NCBI GenBank assembly: GCA_964450845.1
Contig: CAYVGZ010000030.1
Coordinates: 1 to 16,523, forward strand
Length of the DNA: 16,523 nucleotides
DNA from: an uncultured Candidatus Bathyarchaeia archaeon
Lineage (GTDB): Archaea > Thermoproteota > Bathyarchaeia > Bathyarchaeales > Bathycorpusculaceae
Direction of reading: 5' to 3'
Made by a program: the position numbers and the translations under genes. The notes beneath the pieces were generated by a model that saw nothing but the letters and a program-made list of their open reading frames with translations, was not told the DNA's origin and ran no database searches. The stretch's first letter is position 1. Every line of letters starts with the position of its first letter. Below are positions 8,315 through 16,523 of the stretch, in pieces.

Positions 8315-9511
8315 ATGGAGGATACAAAGCCTAGAGAAGTTTCAAAAGAGGCTGCTAGAAGGTTTCTCCAGGGAAAAAGAGGTAAAAATGGTACGTTAGA
8401 AGCGATTAAAAGGCTTGAATGTATCCAAACAGACCCAATCAATGTTGTACATCGTAATCAGCATCTAGTCCTTCATAATAGGGTTACGGACTACAATCCT
8501 TCATACTTAGAAGAGTTACTCTACAAAGACAGGCGTGTATTCGAGTATTGGTGCAATGAAAAATCCATAATTCCAGTCGAAGACTTTCCCTATTTCCGTT
8601 ATCGAATGAAAAATCCTTCACAATTTCATTCTCCATTTTATGAACGTATCAAATCCAGAAAAGAAGAATTGAAAGGTGCAATTTCGCATGCTCTTTCGGA
8701 AATCAGAAAGCAAGGACCGCTCTCAGCGCAAGAATTTGAACAGAAAGGAAAAATTAAAAGCAAAGTGGCGACAAGCGTTTTAAACCTTTTATGGGACAGC
8801 GGCGACCTTATGATTCATCACGTAGAAGGAAATCGACGATATTATGATCTCACGGAACATGTGCTCCCACCAAACTTGGATGCAGAAACTCCAAGCAAAG
8901 AAGAATACGAACGATTTATGATTAAAAAATCTATGAAAGCTTATGGGCTTATTGACACGCGCGACTGGAGGTTTGGCTGGCTACCGTTAAAAGCTTTTCA
9001 AAGAAAAACAATAGTCGACGAAATGGTTGAAGATAACGAGCTATGTCCAGTTAGGATTGAAGGCGTTAAGCATGTATACTCTGTCCTAGATGAACATTCA
9101 AGTTTCTTTGAAAATTTTGACACGTCAATAAGAGAAACAGCTCATTTTGTTGCGCCATTAGATAATCTTTTATGGAACCGCAGAATGATTTCCGAAATTT
9201 TCGACTTCAACTATGCTTGGGAAGTGTATAAGGTTCCCGAAAAGAGAATTTATGGCTATTTTGTCATGCCAATTCTATATGGCACACGCTTCATTGGAAG
9301 ACTTGACCCAAAGCTTGACAGACAAAACAAGAAAATGATTATTAACTCTCTAATTTTGGATGAGAAAGACTTTGACAAAAAAATTATTACTGAACTTAGC
9401 AAAGCCCTCGAAAGATTCCTCAAATTCCATGATGTATCGCATGTTGTTATCAAAAAGACTCAACCAAAGGAATTGAAAAAAGCGTTAATAAGTGAGCTAA
9501 CTCAAGTCTGA
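8315..9511 (+). CDS. YcaQ/AlkZ-like (HTH_42) winged-helix DNA glycosylase
   Basis: IQTDPINVVHRNQHLVLHNRV with QxD motif (8426-8434), RVFEYW, LWDSGDL, RRYYDL, APLDNLLWNR, FDFNYAWEVY and RIYGYFVMPILYGTRFIGRLD. Confidence 0.88.
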   Translation: MEDTKPREVSKEAARRFLQGKRGKNGTLEAIKRLECIQTDPINVVHRNQHLVLHNRVTDYNPSYLEELLYKDRRVFEYWCNEKSIIPVEDFPYFRYRMKNPSQFHSPFYERIKSRKEELKGAISHALSEIRKQGPLSAQEFEQKGKIKSKVATSVLNLLWDSGDLMIHHVEGNRRYYDLTEHVLPPNLDAETPSKEEYERFMIKKSMKAYGLIDTRDWRFGWLPLKAFQRKTIVDEMVEDNELCPVRIEGVKHVYSVLDEHSSFFENFDTSIRETAHFVAPLDNLLWNRRMISEIFDFNYAWEVYKVPEKRIYGYFVMPILYGTRFIGRLDPKLDRQNKKMIINSLILDEKDFDKKIITELSKALERFLKFHDVSHVVIKKTQPKELKKALISELTQV

Positions 9512-9581
9512 TACATTTTCCGTGCAGAGGGGCTTTGAAAGATAGTTGTTGCTGAGATTATGTTTTTTGCAGTGGATGAAG

Positions 9582-11963
9582 TTAGCTTTCGAAAAAGTTT
9601 GTGAGCGTTCTTGTTTCCGTTTCCTTCATTTTAGAAGCCAGCAACTGCTCTTCTGTTATACCGAAACTTTCGAGGACTCGACTTGCAGCTGGCACAACTT
9701 GCTTAGTCACATAATATTCTATATCCACTTCGTCGTATGAAGCATACGCGTAAGGTTTGACTCTTTCATAGAGGCGACCTGTGCCAACTATCACTACGTA
9801 GCCTACTTTGTCGCCTACTGCAAGTTCCCATCCCTTATCCCTCAACATTTTTGCAGCTTCAACATGAGAAGCCTTAACTTCATATTCCTCAGCGGGTTTG
9901 GTCAAGGTTTTCCAGATTATGAGGTCGCGATAGGGAACGCGCTTTTGTCGAAGCTCCTCAATGTACTGTTGCACAAAATTGGCTGCTTTCTTTGGTGATT
10001 GTCTCTTCAAGATTATCTCTAAGACTTTTTGCTGCACGGTCTTGGCTATGGCTGTCCAGTCTCCACGCACAACCTCTAAGCCCACGATGTCGAGTTGTCC
10101 ATTCGGCAAGAGTCCAGCATAGCGTTTTTTGGCTTCTGTGAAGAATATTCGCACATAAACCTTGTCCGGCTTAATTTCTAATCCTAGTTTTTCTTCGATT
10201 TCTTTTGAGAGTTTTTCAATTTTTTCTGGTTCATGTTTTAGGAATATGCTGTCCGTATCGCCATAAACAACCTTTAACTCGGCTTTTTGAGCCATATTAA
10301 TTGCATTAAGTATCGTGTGCCTTCCCCAAGCTGTGGCTGCTTCGGCTACTGGTTTTATGTACCATCTTGCTCCTATCCACCCAGCATAGCCGTAAGAGGC
10401 ATTAGTTATTACTTTTACAGCTTTTTGGCGGGCGTCCAAAACGCTGTATTCAACGCTTTCTGGAGGAATCTTTTTCATCCGTGAACGAATTTCATCCCGA
10501 ACATTAATGAGGTAGGACAAAACTTCTTTGTAGAAGCCTGCGGGCTCTTTTCGGAATCTATGCTTGACTTCTGGGGCTTCATAAACTCCGCATGGAGGTA
10601 TAGGCTCTTTTGGTGGTACGTAGGTATCTGGAGACAGATTGTACGTTATCATAAGGTTGGGATACATGGATTTGAAATCTAGGACTGCGATGTCTTCGTG
10701 TAATCCGGGTTGTGGTTTCAGCACTACGGCGCCTACGTATGGTCTGTAGGGCTGTTCAATTCTTTTTGGCACCAGTTCGCCTATTTTTTGGGCGTGTTTT
10801 ATTAGGAACCATTCAACTCTAAAGCCTACAGCCGCTGTGCCAACATGGTCCAGTGGTAAACCCACAAGGTTTGAAAGTTGCATGGCGAAGTCTAAAATGG
10901 CTTCAGTTATTCCCATAACGCAACGCGTATTTTCTAAAGAAAACTTTTTTAGAATTTCGCGTTTTTCCCTGTCGTCCCAATAATCCGCAAAGTCTACGTC
11001 CTCAATTAACGTGCGGTTTTCAATTTTCATCACGCCCAAATAATCTGCCAGATTCTCCAAAGTCTTAACTTTGACTTCTGGAAACTCGTCAGCGAAATCG
11101 AAGAGGTCTATGTTGGTTCTTCCAGTTATTGAAACGTGTCCATAGACGCTTGTGTGAAGTTCAGCTCCTGCTCTGTCAACATGCAACTGTAATCCGAGCT
11201 TCTTGCATCTTTCGTTAAGGTATAGCCAATCGTGCCCGTTTACGCCGTAGCCTACGATGATGTCTGGATCGAAGTTTTGCACATAGTTTATGAAGGCTTC
11301 TAATACGGGTTTGTCGTTTTTGTCGTCAACCAAGAACTGTTTTTGTTCGCCACGATTAGTTGCGGCGGATATTATGATTACTGGGTTTCTGTCGGGTTTG
11401 GGTGAACCTTCTCTGCTGTAGCATATTGTTGAAAAACCCAGAATTTTCAGTTGTGGAGTTTCAGCCTTTTCGAGAAGTTTTGGGTAGGTTTTCGCCGTGT
11501 AAACTTTGTCAACTTGAACGCCTTTACTGTTTGTTTCTTCAGTTGCTTCTATTTCGTGCCATCCGCACGGAACAACGTTGTTGTCGATTAGATAGCGCAT
11601 GGAGTATCGAATGTCATCTTCGAGGCAGTCTTTTACTCCTTCGAGTTTTCGAAAAGCCTTCGAATATTTCGGTATAGCATCTGGGTTTTTGCAGTAAACT
11701 TTTATCGTTTTTAGTGGTTTTCCGAAAAATTTGCGTTCAACAACTTCAAGCTTCACGATGAGAGGATCTTGCTCTTCCCGCATTTCTTCAATCACCTTCG
11801 TTGGATCTGCACTTTCTTCAACCGCAGCATAAAAGTAAGCAAGAAAGTTTCTGTCAATAATGAGCAACCTTTTTCCGGAATCGTCAATGCCCCAAAGCCA
11901 AACTTCGGGGATATTATTCTTAGCTTCATAGTTTACGTCTAAAAGCCAAAACGTAATCTTCAT
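9582..11963 (-). CDS. polB: Family B DNA polymerase, PolB3-like; polymerase motifs intact, 3'-5' exonuclease motifs degenerate
   Basis: Motif A DFKSMYP, motif B RQKAVKVITNASYGY, motif C YGDTDS, KKRYAG and GLEVVRGDW. N-terminus FWLLDVNY...WGID is B3-like. C-terminal PIP-box-like TRTLTNFF. Confidence 0.95.
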   Translation of the reverse strand: MKITFWLLDVNYEAKNNIPEVWLWGIDDSGKRLLIIDRNFLAYFYAAVEESADPTKVIEEMREEQDPLIVKLEVVERKFFGKPLKTIKVYCKNPDAIPKYSKAFRKLEGVKDCLEDDIRYSMRYLIDNNVVPCGWHEIEATEETNSKGVQVDKVYTAKTYPKLLEKAETPQLKILGFSTICYSREGSPKPDRNPVIIISAATNRGEQKQFLVDDKNDKPVLEAFINYVQNFDPDIIVGYGVNGHDWLYLNERCKKLGLQLHVDRAGAELHTSVYGHVSITGRTNIDLFDFADEFPEVKVKTLENLADYLGVMKIENRTLIEDVDFADYWDDREKREILKKFSLENTRCVMGITEAILDFAMQLSNLVGLPLDHVGTAAVGFRVEWFLIKHAQKIGELVPKRIEQPYRPYVGAVVLKPQPGLHEDIAVLDFKSMYPNLMITYNLSPDTYVPPKEPIPPCGVYEAPEVKHRFRKEPAGFYKEVLSYLINVRDEIRSRMKKIPPESVEYSVLDARQKAVKVITNASYGYAGWIGARWYIKPVAEAATAWGRHTILNAINMAQKAELKVVYGDTDSIFLKHEPEKIEKLSKEIEEKLGLEIKPDKVYVRIFFTEAKKRYAGLLPNGQLDIVGLEVVRGDWTAIAKTVQQKVLEIILKRQSPKKAANFVQQYIEELRQKRVPYRDLIIWKTLTKPAEEYEVKASHVEAAKMLRDKGWELAVGDKVGYVVIVGTGRLYERVKPYAYASYDEVDIEYYVTKQVVPAASRVLESFGITEEQLLASKMKETETRTLTNFFES

Positions 11964-12074
11964 GGCTCATTGTCCTCAACAATGAATAGTGAAGAAATGC
12001 CACTTTTAACATTTTTTAATAGGTAGAAGTTGATTATTGAGTGTTACAACGATAGTGAAAGAGGCTACTGAAAT

Positions 12075-13154
12075 TTGAAAATCTTGGGAATGAATCTAAA
12101 AAAGGGCTTTGTAAAAGTTATTCCAGAAAATTTCGATGATTTATGGCATTTGTACAACGTAATTTACAAAAACGATGAGGTTTACGCTTACTCAACGCGG
12201 GAAATAAAGCCTGATGAAGGAGGATATGCAAGACCTAAACGTGGAGAAAGAGTCCCAGTTTTTCTAGGAATAACTGTTGAAAATGTTAATTGGGACAAGC
12301 TTTTGGGTAGGCTTAGAATTCATGGAACCATTTGTGAAGCACCAGAAAATGTTCCCACTGGTGCGCATCACACACTCAACATTGCCTTAAACACACCAGC
12401 AACAGTCGTAAAAAAGAAGTGGGCTGAACATCACATTGAAAGGTTAGAAAGAGCAAAAAAAGCATCCGAAAAACCCATAATAATAGTTTCCATAGACGAT
12501 GAAGGCTACGCAATAGCCACAACAGCCCAATACGGCGTTGAAATTAAAGCAGAAGAGAACATAAAGCTTCCAGGAAAGCTAGAAGCAGAAAAAAGAACAG
12601 GAGCTGTAAAACAGTATTTCCAAAAGGTATTGAACAGTTTGCGTCAAATCTGGAACGAAAAACATAGTCCTATAGCAATAATAGGCGTGGGCTTTGTAAA
12701 AGGCGACTTTGCAAAATTCCTAGAAAACGAAGCTACGGATGTTTGCAAATCAGTTGTGGACGTAAAAAGCGTCAACAACGGCGGTGCAGCTGGAATATAT
12801 GAAGCATTACGTTCAGGCGTATTGTTAAAAACTATGAAGCAAATGCGAATCGTCGAAGAAGCAGAAATTATAGAGGAAGTTTTGAAGAGACTTGGAAAAG
12901 GTGAATCAAACGTTACTTATGGAATGGAGGAAGTTGAAAACGCGGCGCGGTTGGGTGCTGTTGAAAAGCTTGTTTTGGCAGATACAATGTTGCGTGAAGC
13001 TTTAGACGAGAGGCGTCTGCTTGTTGAAGATTTAATGAAGAGTGTGGAACGGAAGGGCGGAAACATAATTATCGTAAGCACAGAACACGAGGCTGGTGCA
13101 AAGTTAATTGCTTTGGGTGGAATAGCCGCGCTATTACGCTTCGCATTGCATTAG
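12075..13154 (+). CDS. pelA: Pelota/Dom34 ribosome-rescue factor
   Basis: PENFDDLWHLYNVI, GRLRIHG, HHTLNI, V.YG.EEV..AARLGAVEKL and G.KL.ALGGIAALLRF; TTG start. Confidence 0.95.
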   Translation: MKILGMNLKKGFVKVIPENFDDLWHLYNVIYKNDEVYAYSTREIKPDEGGYARPKRGERVPVFLGITVENVNWDKLLGRLRIHGTICEAPENVPTGAHHTLNIALNTPATVVKKKWAEHHIERLERAKKASEKPIIIVSIDDEGYAIATTAQYGVEIKAEENIKLPGKLEAEKRTGAVKQYFQKVLNSLRQIWNEKHSPIAIIGVGFVKGDFAKFLENEATDVCKSVVDVKSVNNGGAAGIYEALRSGVLLKTMKQMRIVEEAEIIEEVLKRLGKGESNVTYGMEEVENAARLGAVEKLVLADTMLREALDERRLLVEDLMKSVERKGGNIIIVSTEHEAGAKLIALGGIAALLRFALH

Positions 13155-13155
13155 C

Positions 13156-13863
13156 TTAGACAGTTTTTAAACGTCTGCGAACCGATGGGTTGTGATCTGC
13201 AAGTCTTTTCAGTGCCATTTCAAAGGTTTCGCTGCTTGAAAGTTCTTTTTCTATGAAAACTCCTGTTCTACCAACCTCATCCCTTCTTAAGAGGGCGTGA
13301 ACACGGTCTGAAACGGTTTCCACGGATATTCCAAGCAGTTTAGCAGCTTGCTCCTCGCGTCCAATGATTGTACTTTCCATATGCCCTTTTTTTGTTGGTT
13401 CAATCAGCATTAGGCGTTTATCCACTCCGCAAACTCGCATGCCATCCCTCAAATTTTCAAGGGTTACTTCGCCGCCGAATTTGTAGAATTCCCTTTCCAC
13501 CTTTCGCATTTTCATTAAAGGAAATGATGTGCTTGTGTTTTCGTCTATTTCGATGTAGGCTTTCACTGCGTATATGGGTGTAGCTTGCACAATCAAACGT
13601 CTATTTATCGATATGCCAGCCTTTTCTAAGGCTGTTTCCACGAGAAAGGAAGACGCTCGAGAGGGTATGAAAACGTCTATGTCGCTTTTCTTGTTCACGT
13701 CTCCTCTGGCTATGCTGCCGTGCACTACGGGTTCCAGATGAAAAAATTCTAAAGCCTTCATTATCCGCTCGGATTTCTGCCTAAATTCTTTAAGCAAATT
13801 CCAGCGTTCAACATTATAAATCACTTCTAAGTACTCTAAACGCTTCTCGGGTTTCTTAGCCAT
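13156..13863 (-). CDS. Archaeal Pol-beta-type (minimal) nucleotidyltransferase, COG2413-like
   Basis: VHGSIARGDVNKKSDIDVF (GS...DxD), REFYKFGG, RVCGVDKRL and R..ALLRRDEVGRTGVF. Confidence 0.85.
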   Translation of the reverse strand: MAKKPEKRLEYLEVIYNVERWNLLKEFRQKSERIMKALEFFHLEPVVHGSIARGDVNKKSDIDVFIPSRASSFLVETALEKAGISINRRLIVQATPIYAVKAYIEIDENTSTSFPLMKMRKVEREFYKFGGEVTLENLRDGMRVCGVDKRLMLIEPTKKGHMESTIIGREEQAAKLLGISVETVSDRVHALLRRDEVGRTGVFIEKELSSSETFEMALKRLADHNPSVRRRLKTV

Positions 13864-13943
13864 TCCTTTGCCTCTTTCAAAAGACTATTGTATTTGGGTT
13901 TATTTTAGTAATTCCAGAAACAAGTTAAAAGTGTGAGCGATAA

Positions 13944-14885
13944 ATGCGCACTGAAATCGCTGTATGCACTGTCTGCAAGCGCAGAGAAACCTTCTTTTTT
14001 AGACCTTATTCTGGAGAAAAACTTTGCAGAAAATGTTTCGTCAACTCTATCGAAGAAAAGGTTAGGGCAACAATTGCCAAATACAAAATGTTGAAGTTTG
14101 ATGATAGAATAGCCGTGGCTGTTTCAGGCGGAAAAGACAGCGTCAGCCTACTACATGTTTTAGCCAAAATAGAGCGTGGCTACCCTAAAACTTCGCTTGT
14201 GGCGGTTACAGTGGATGAGGGAATTAAAGGCTATCGTGATGAAGCATTAAAAATAGCGGCTGAAAACTGCCGAAAACTTGGCATAGAGCATCATGTAACT
14301 TCTTTCAAGGAACTTTATGGCTATAGGCTTGACGAAATTGTCAGAAGCCTCAAACAGAAAGACGAAAAATCAACACCATGCGCGTACTGCGGAGTTCTGA
14401 GAAGAAAAGCGTTAAACATAGCCGCCAGAAGCCTCAAAGCAGACAAACTTGCGACAGCCCACACGTTAGACGACGAGACACAAACAATTCTTTTGAACAT
14501 TTTTCATGGTGATGTTTTGCGTATAGCTAGGGAGAAGCCAATCACAGATGAAGCACATCCCAAACTTGTGCAAAAGATAAAACCTTTCTGCGAAATTCCA
14601 GAAAAAGAAACCGCCCTGTATGCTTACATTAAAAAAATAGAGTTTCAAAGCATGCCATGCCCATACGCTTCTGAAGCCCTAAGAAACGATGCCCGTGCAA
14701 TGCTCAACAAGATGGAAGAGAAACATGCCGGAATAAAATTCACAATTTTCAAAGCGATAGACAGGATAAGACCTGCTTTAGAGGAAGTTGCCAGCAAAGA
14801 AGGATTGAGGGAATGCAGCGAGTGCGGAGAACCGACTTCCGAAAAAATATGCAAGACATGTCAGATGCTCAGACAAGTGACCTGA
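13944..14885 (+). CDS. ncsA: tRNA 2-thiolation protein, NcsA/Ctu1/TtuA (TIGR00269-like) PP-loop ATPase
   Basis: N-terminal CxxC...CxxC, VAVSGGKDS PP-loop, PCAYCGVLRR, ATAHTLDDE, PCPY and C-terminal CxxC...CxxC. Confidence 0.9.
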   Translation: MRTEIAVCTVCKRRETFFFRPYSGEKLCRKCFVNSIEEKVRATIAKYKMLKFDDRIAVAVSGGKDSVSLLHVLAKIERGYPKTSLVAVTVDEGIKGYRDEALKIAAENCRKLGIEHHVTSFKELYGYRLDEIVRSLKQKDEKSTPCAYCGVLRRKALNIAARSLKADKLATAHTLDDETQTILLNIFHGDVLRIAREKPITDEAHPKLVQKIKPFCEIPEKETALYAYIKKIEFQSMPCPYASEALRNDARAMLNKMEEKHAGIKFTIFKAIDRIRPALEEVASKEGLRECSECGEPTSEKICKTCQMLRQVT

Positions 14886-14890
14886 AGTAA

Positions 14891-15049
14891 TCGATATTTC
14901 TTTCAGTGACAACAATTAGCCTAACATCGTTAATTTGGGACGTTTTTATAGGCTTAAAAGAAGGTTTGCTAAAACATATTTTAATGGGTTTGGTGGGTTT
15001 TTCTTTAGGCACTCTTCTAGGTGGAGCATTTATTCACTTATTGTTAGAA
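14891..15049 (+). pseudogene. N-terminal remnant of a ZIP-family metal transporter
   Basis: Reads SIFLSVTTISLTSLI...IGLKEGLLKHILMGLVGFSLGTLLGGAFIHLLLE, resembling ZIP TM1-TM2 (G.LLG.AF.HL.PE). In-frame TAA directly upstream at 14888-14890; similarity ends where the antisense DUF1922 gene ends. Confidence 0.6.
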
Positions 15050-15264
15050 TGCTTTTGCTTTTGGGCGGCTTCACTTTTTAACTTACGCAAGATTGTTGAT
15101 GCTTCTTGGGCAGTTTCTGCTGAAGCGACTTTTCTAGCTTTATTTAGGTCAACTTTGAAACCGCAGTGGGGGCATGTCCTCGTTTTCTGTTCATCCCTAG
15201 CTAATAAAAGCCCACCGCATCTACTACACACAACTACGAGGACAGCCACCATGCCTTTCACCAT
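15034..15264 (-). CDS. Small Zn-ribbon protein, DUF1922-like
   Basis: VVVCSRCGGLLLA...KTRTCPHCG with two CxxC pairs followed by a helical tail. Confidence 0.75.
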   Translation of the reverse strand: MVKGMVAVLVVVCSRCGGLLLARDEQKTRTCPHCGFKVDLNKARKVASAETAQEASTILRKLKSEAAQKQKHSNNK

Positions 15265-15318
15265 CCGAAAACCTTTTCCACACTCTACTAGATAACGTTT
15301 AATGCAAGAGGAGAATAA

Positions 15319-15687
15319 ATGAACACCGAAGAAAAGACACAGACAAAACCACCATCAGAATTGATAGAGTCGGCTGTACGATATTTCAAGAAAGAAGGCT
15401 ACAAAGTAGAGCGGGAAGCGACAACACTCGAAGGGTTCAGCGGAATTTCAAGAAAATTCGATCTAATAGTCCAGAAGGGACGTGTAACCCAAGCGGTTTG
15501 GGTAAGAGACTGGAATAGAACCATAGGCGTAAACGTTGTAATAAATCTTGACAAGGCTTCTGAGGATGTAGGCCTATCAAATCCCCTATTGATAGGTGAA
15601 AAGTTCAGCGACCATGCAAAGGCTTATGCAAATAGAAGAAAAATAACATTGCTAACGAAACGACAAACGACTCTCAGTCTAAGGTAA
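15319..15687 (+). CDS. Mrr-like restriction-endonuclease-fold protein with degenerate catalytic motif
   Basis: EGYKVERE..LEGFSGISRKFDL, VWVRDW...IGVNVV and FSDHAKAYA....I.LL follow the Mrr_cat layout. GAGGAG SD before the ATG. Confidence 0.7.
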   Translation: MNTEEKTQTKPPSELIESAVRYFKKEGYKVEREATTLEGFSGISRKFDLIVQKGRVTQAVWVRDWNRTIGVNVVINLDKASEDVGLSNPLLIGEKFSDHAKAYANRRKITLLTKRQTTLSLR

Positions 15688-15692
15688 AAAGG

Positions 15693-16280
15693 CTAAATTT
15701 TCAGAAACTCTCCTAATAAGCCGTCACTTTCTAACTTGCCCAACCAGTCCACAATACCCACGTGACATTTTTTGTGTCCGCCTAGAACATTCAAAATTTC
15801 GCTGGCAACTTCTTCCACGCTTTTACCAGTGATGTCTAACTCGCAGACTTTTCCTTCTCCATGAATATTCAAAGCGTCAACTAAACAGACATCTAGAATT
15901 TCAGAAGCCAAATTCTCCCACAACTTGCGACCAGAAAAACCACACTGCTCCATAAACTTTCGCAGTTCAACAGGGTCACGTCTCAAAACAAAAACGTGCG
16001 TTACTCGTCTTTTTGGAACAACGCTAGCAGCATAATGACCATCAATAATGACACCATTTTGTTCACTGTCATCAATTATTTCTCGGATTTTACGTCGCAT
16101 GCGATTCTCATCAACAACTATAGAGTCTCGCTCCTCATCTTTACCAGTAACAAGATTTCCATACACAGCCAACTCAGTTAAATTCACATACAAAGCGTCT
16201 AGTTTAGAAGCAAGCAAGCGGGCAACCGTGGTTTTTCCAACGCAAGGTGTTCCCATCACCAAAATAACCTTTTTAGACAT
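15693..16280 (-). CDS. Adenylate kinase 6 / Fap7 / hCINAP-family NMP kinase-ATPase
   Basis: GTPCVGKTT P-loop, IIDGH, VFVLRRDP..L, K..EN..SE..DVC and ELDITGKS. Confidence 0.9.
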   Translation of the reverse strand: MSKKVILVMGTPCVGKTTVARLLASKLDALYVNLTELAVYGNLVTGKDEERDSIVVDENRMRRKIREIIDDSEQNGVIIDGHYAASVVPKRRVTHVFVLRRDPVELRKFMEQCGFSGRKLWENLASEILDVCLVDALNIHGEGKVCELDITGKSVEEVASEILNVLGGHKKCHVGIVDWLGKLESDGLLGEFLKI

Positions 16281-16356
16281 AACAATCTGCCATCCTAATT
16301 CATATGTGAATATACACCAAAATTCTTATTGCACACCTTTACGCATTATATTTTTT

Positions 16357-16523
16357 GGGCTGGCGAGTTGGTGTGTGGCTTTCGAGCTTCATACAAGAGG
16401 CTTGAGGAAACTCCGCCCACACGTAGAATTGCAACGTCCGCAAGGGCGTAAGGCGAGAGCCTTGGCTACGGAGCAGAAACGAAACGTCCATCCTGCAAGT
16501 GTCTATGATGCATGCTAAGTTGT
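16357..16523 (+). ncRNA. rnpB: RNase P RNA, 5' part (continues beyond the window)
   Basis: GAGGAAACTCC (CR-I/P4 5' strand) at 16404-16414, GNRA hairpins ACGTCC-GCAA-GGGCGT (16434-16449) and AAGGC-GAGA-GCCTT (16450-16463), and GCAGAAACG at 16474-16482. Begins after a T-run, divergent from the AK6 gene. Confidence 0.88.

Noticed and set aside
499-14854. The many 60-145 aa ORFs overlapping the main genes, mostly antisense
   Set aside because: These are shadow ORFs of well-supported genes and have no motifs of their own.
14906-15295. 129-aa plus-strand ORF as an intact gene
   Set aside because: Only the first ~48 codons look ZIP-like; the rest is the antisense of the Zn-ribbon gene.
16048-16518. 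156-aa plus-strand ORF
   Set aside because: It is antisense to the AK6 gene and runs through the RNase P RNA; spurious.
1-16523. CRISPR arrays, IS elements, integrases and tRNA genes
   Set aside because: No regularly spaced repeats, terminal inverted repeats, transposase motifs or T-loop/cloverleaf were seen.

Overview
Archaeal housekeeping region with TACK-type gene content. Bathyarchaeia is my guess from gene content and protein style, not from a search. Left to right: partial flavin reductase, trpS, pheS-pheT, an unexplained ~310-nt GC-rich intergenic element, tyrS, small TOPRIM protein, dnaG, YcaQ/AlkZ-like glycosylase, PolB3-type DNA polymerase, pelota, COG2413-like nucleotidyltransferase, NcsA/Ctu1 tRNA thiolase, ZIP-transporter remnant, DUF1922-like Zn-ribbon, Mrr-like protein, AK6/Fap7 and the 5' part of the RNase P RNA. 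I saw no mobile element, CRISPR array or tRNA. Most notable: (1) a candidate pseudoknotted, possibly bistable non-coding RNA at ~5107-5422 among the Trp, Phe and Tyr synthetase genes, matching no family I recognise; (2) a PolB with an intact polymerase site but three of four exonuclease carboxylates substituted, next to a crosslink glycosylase; (3) a dnaG whose conserved N-terminus appears to start at an ACG codon. All structures and motifs were read by eye; no searches or folding programs were run.
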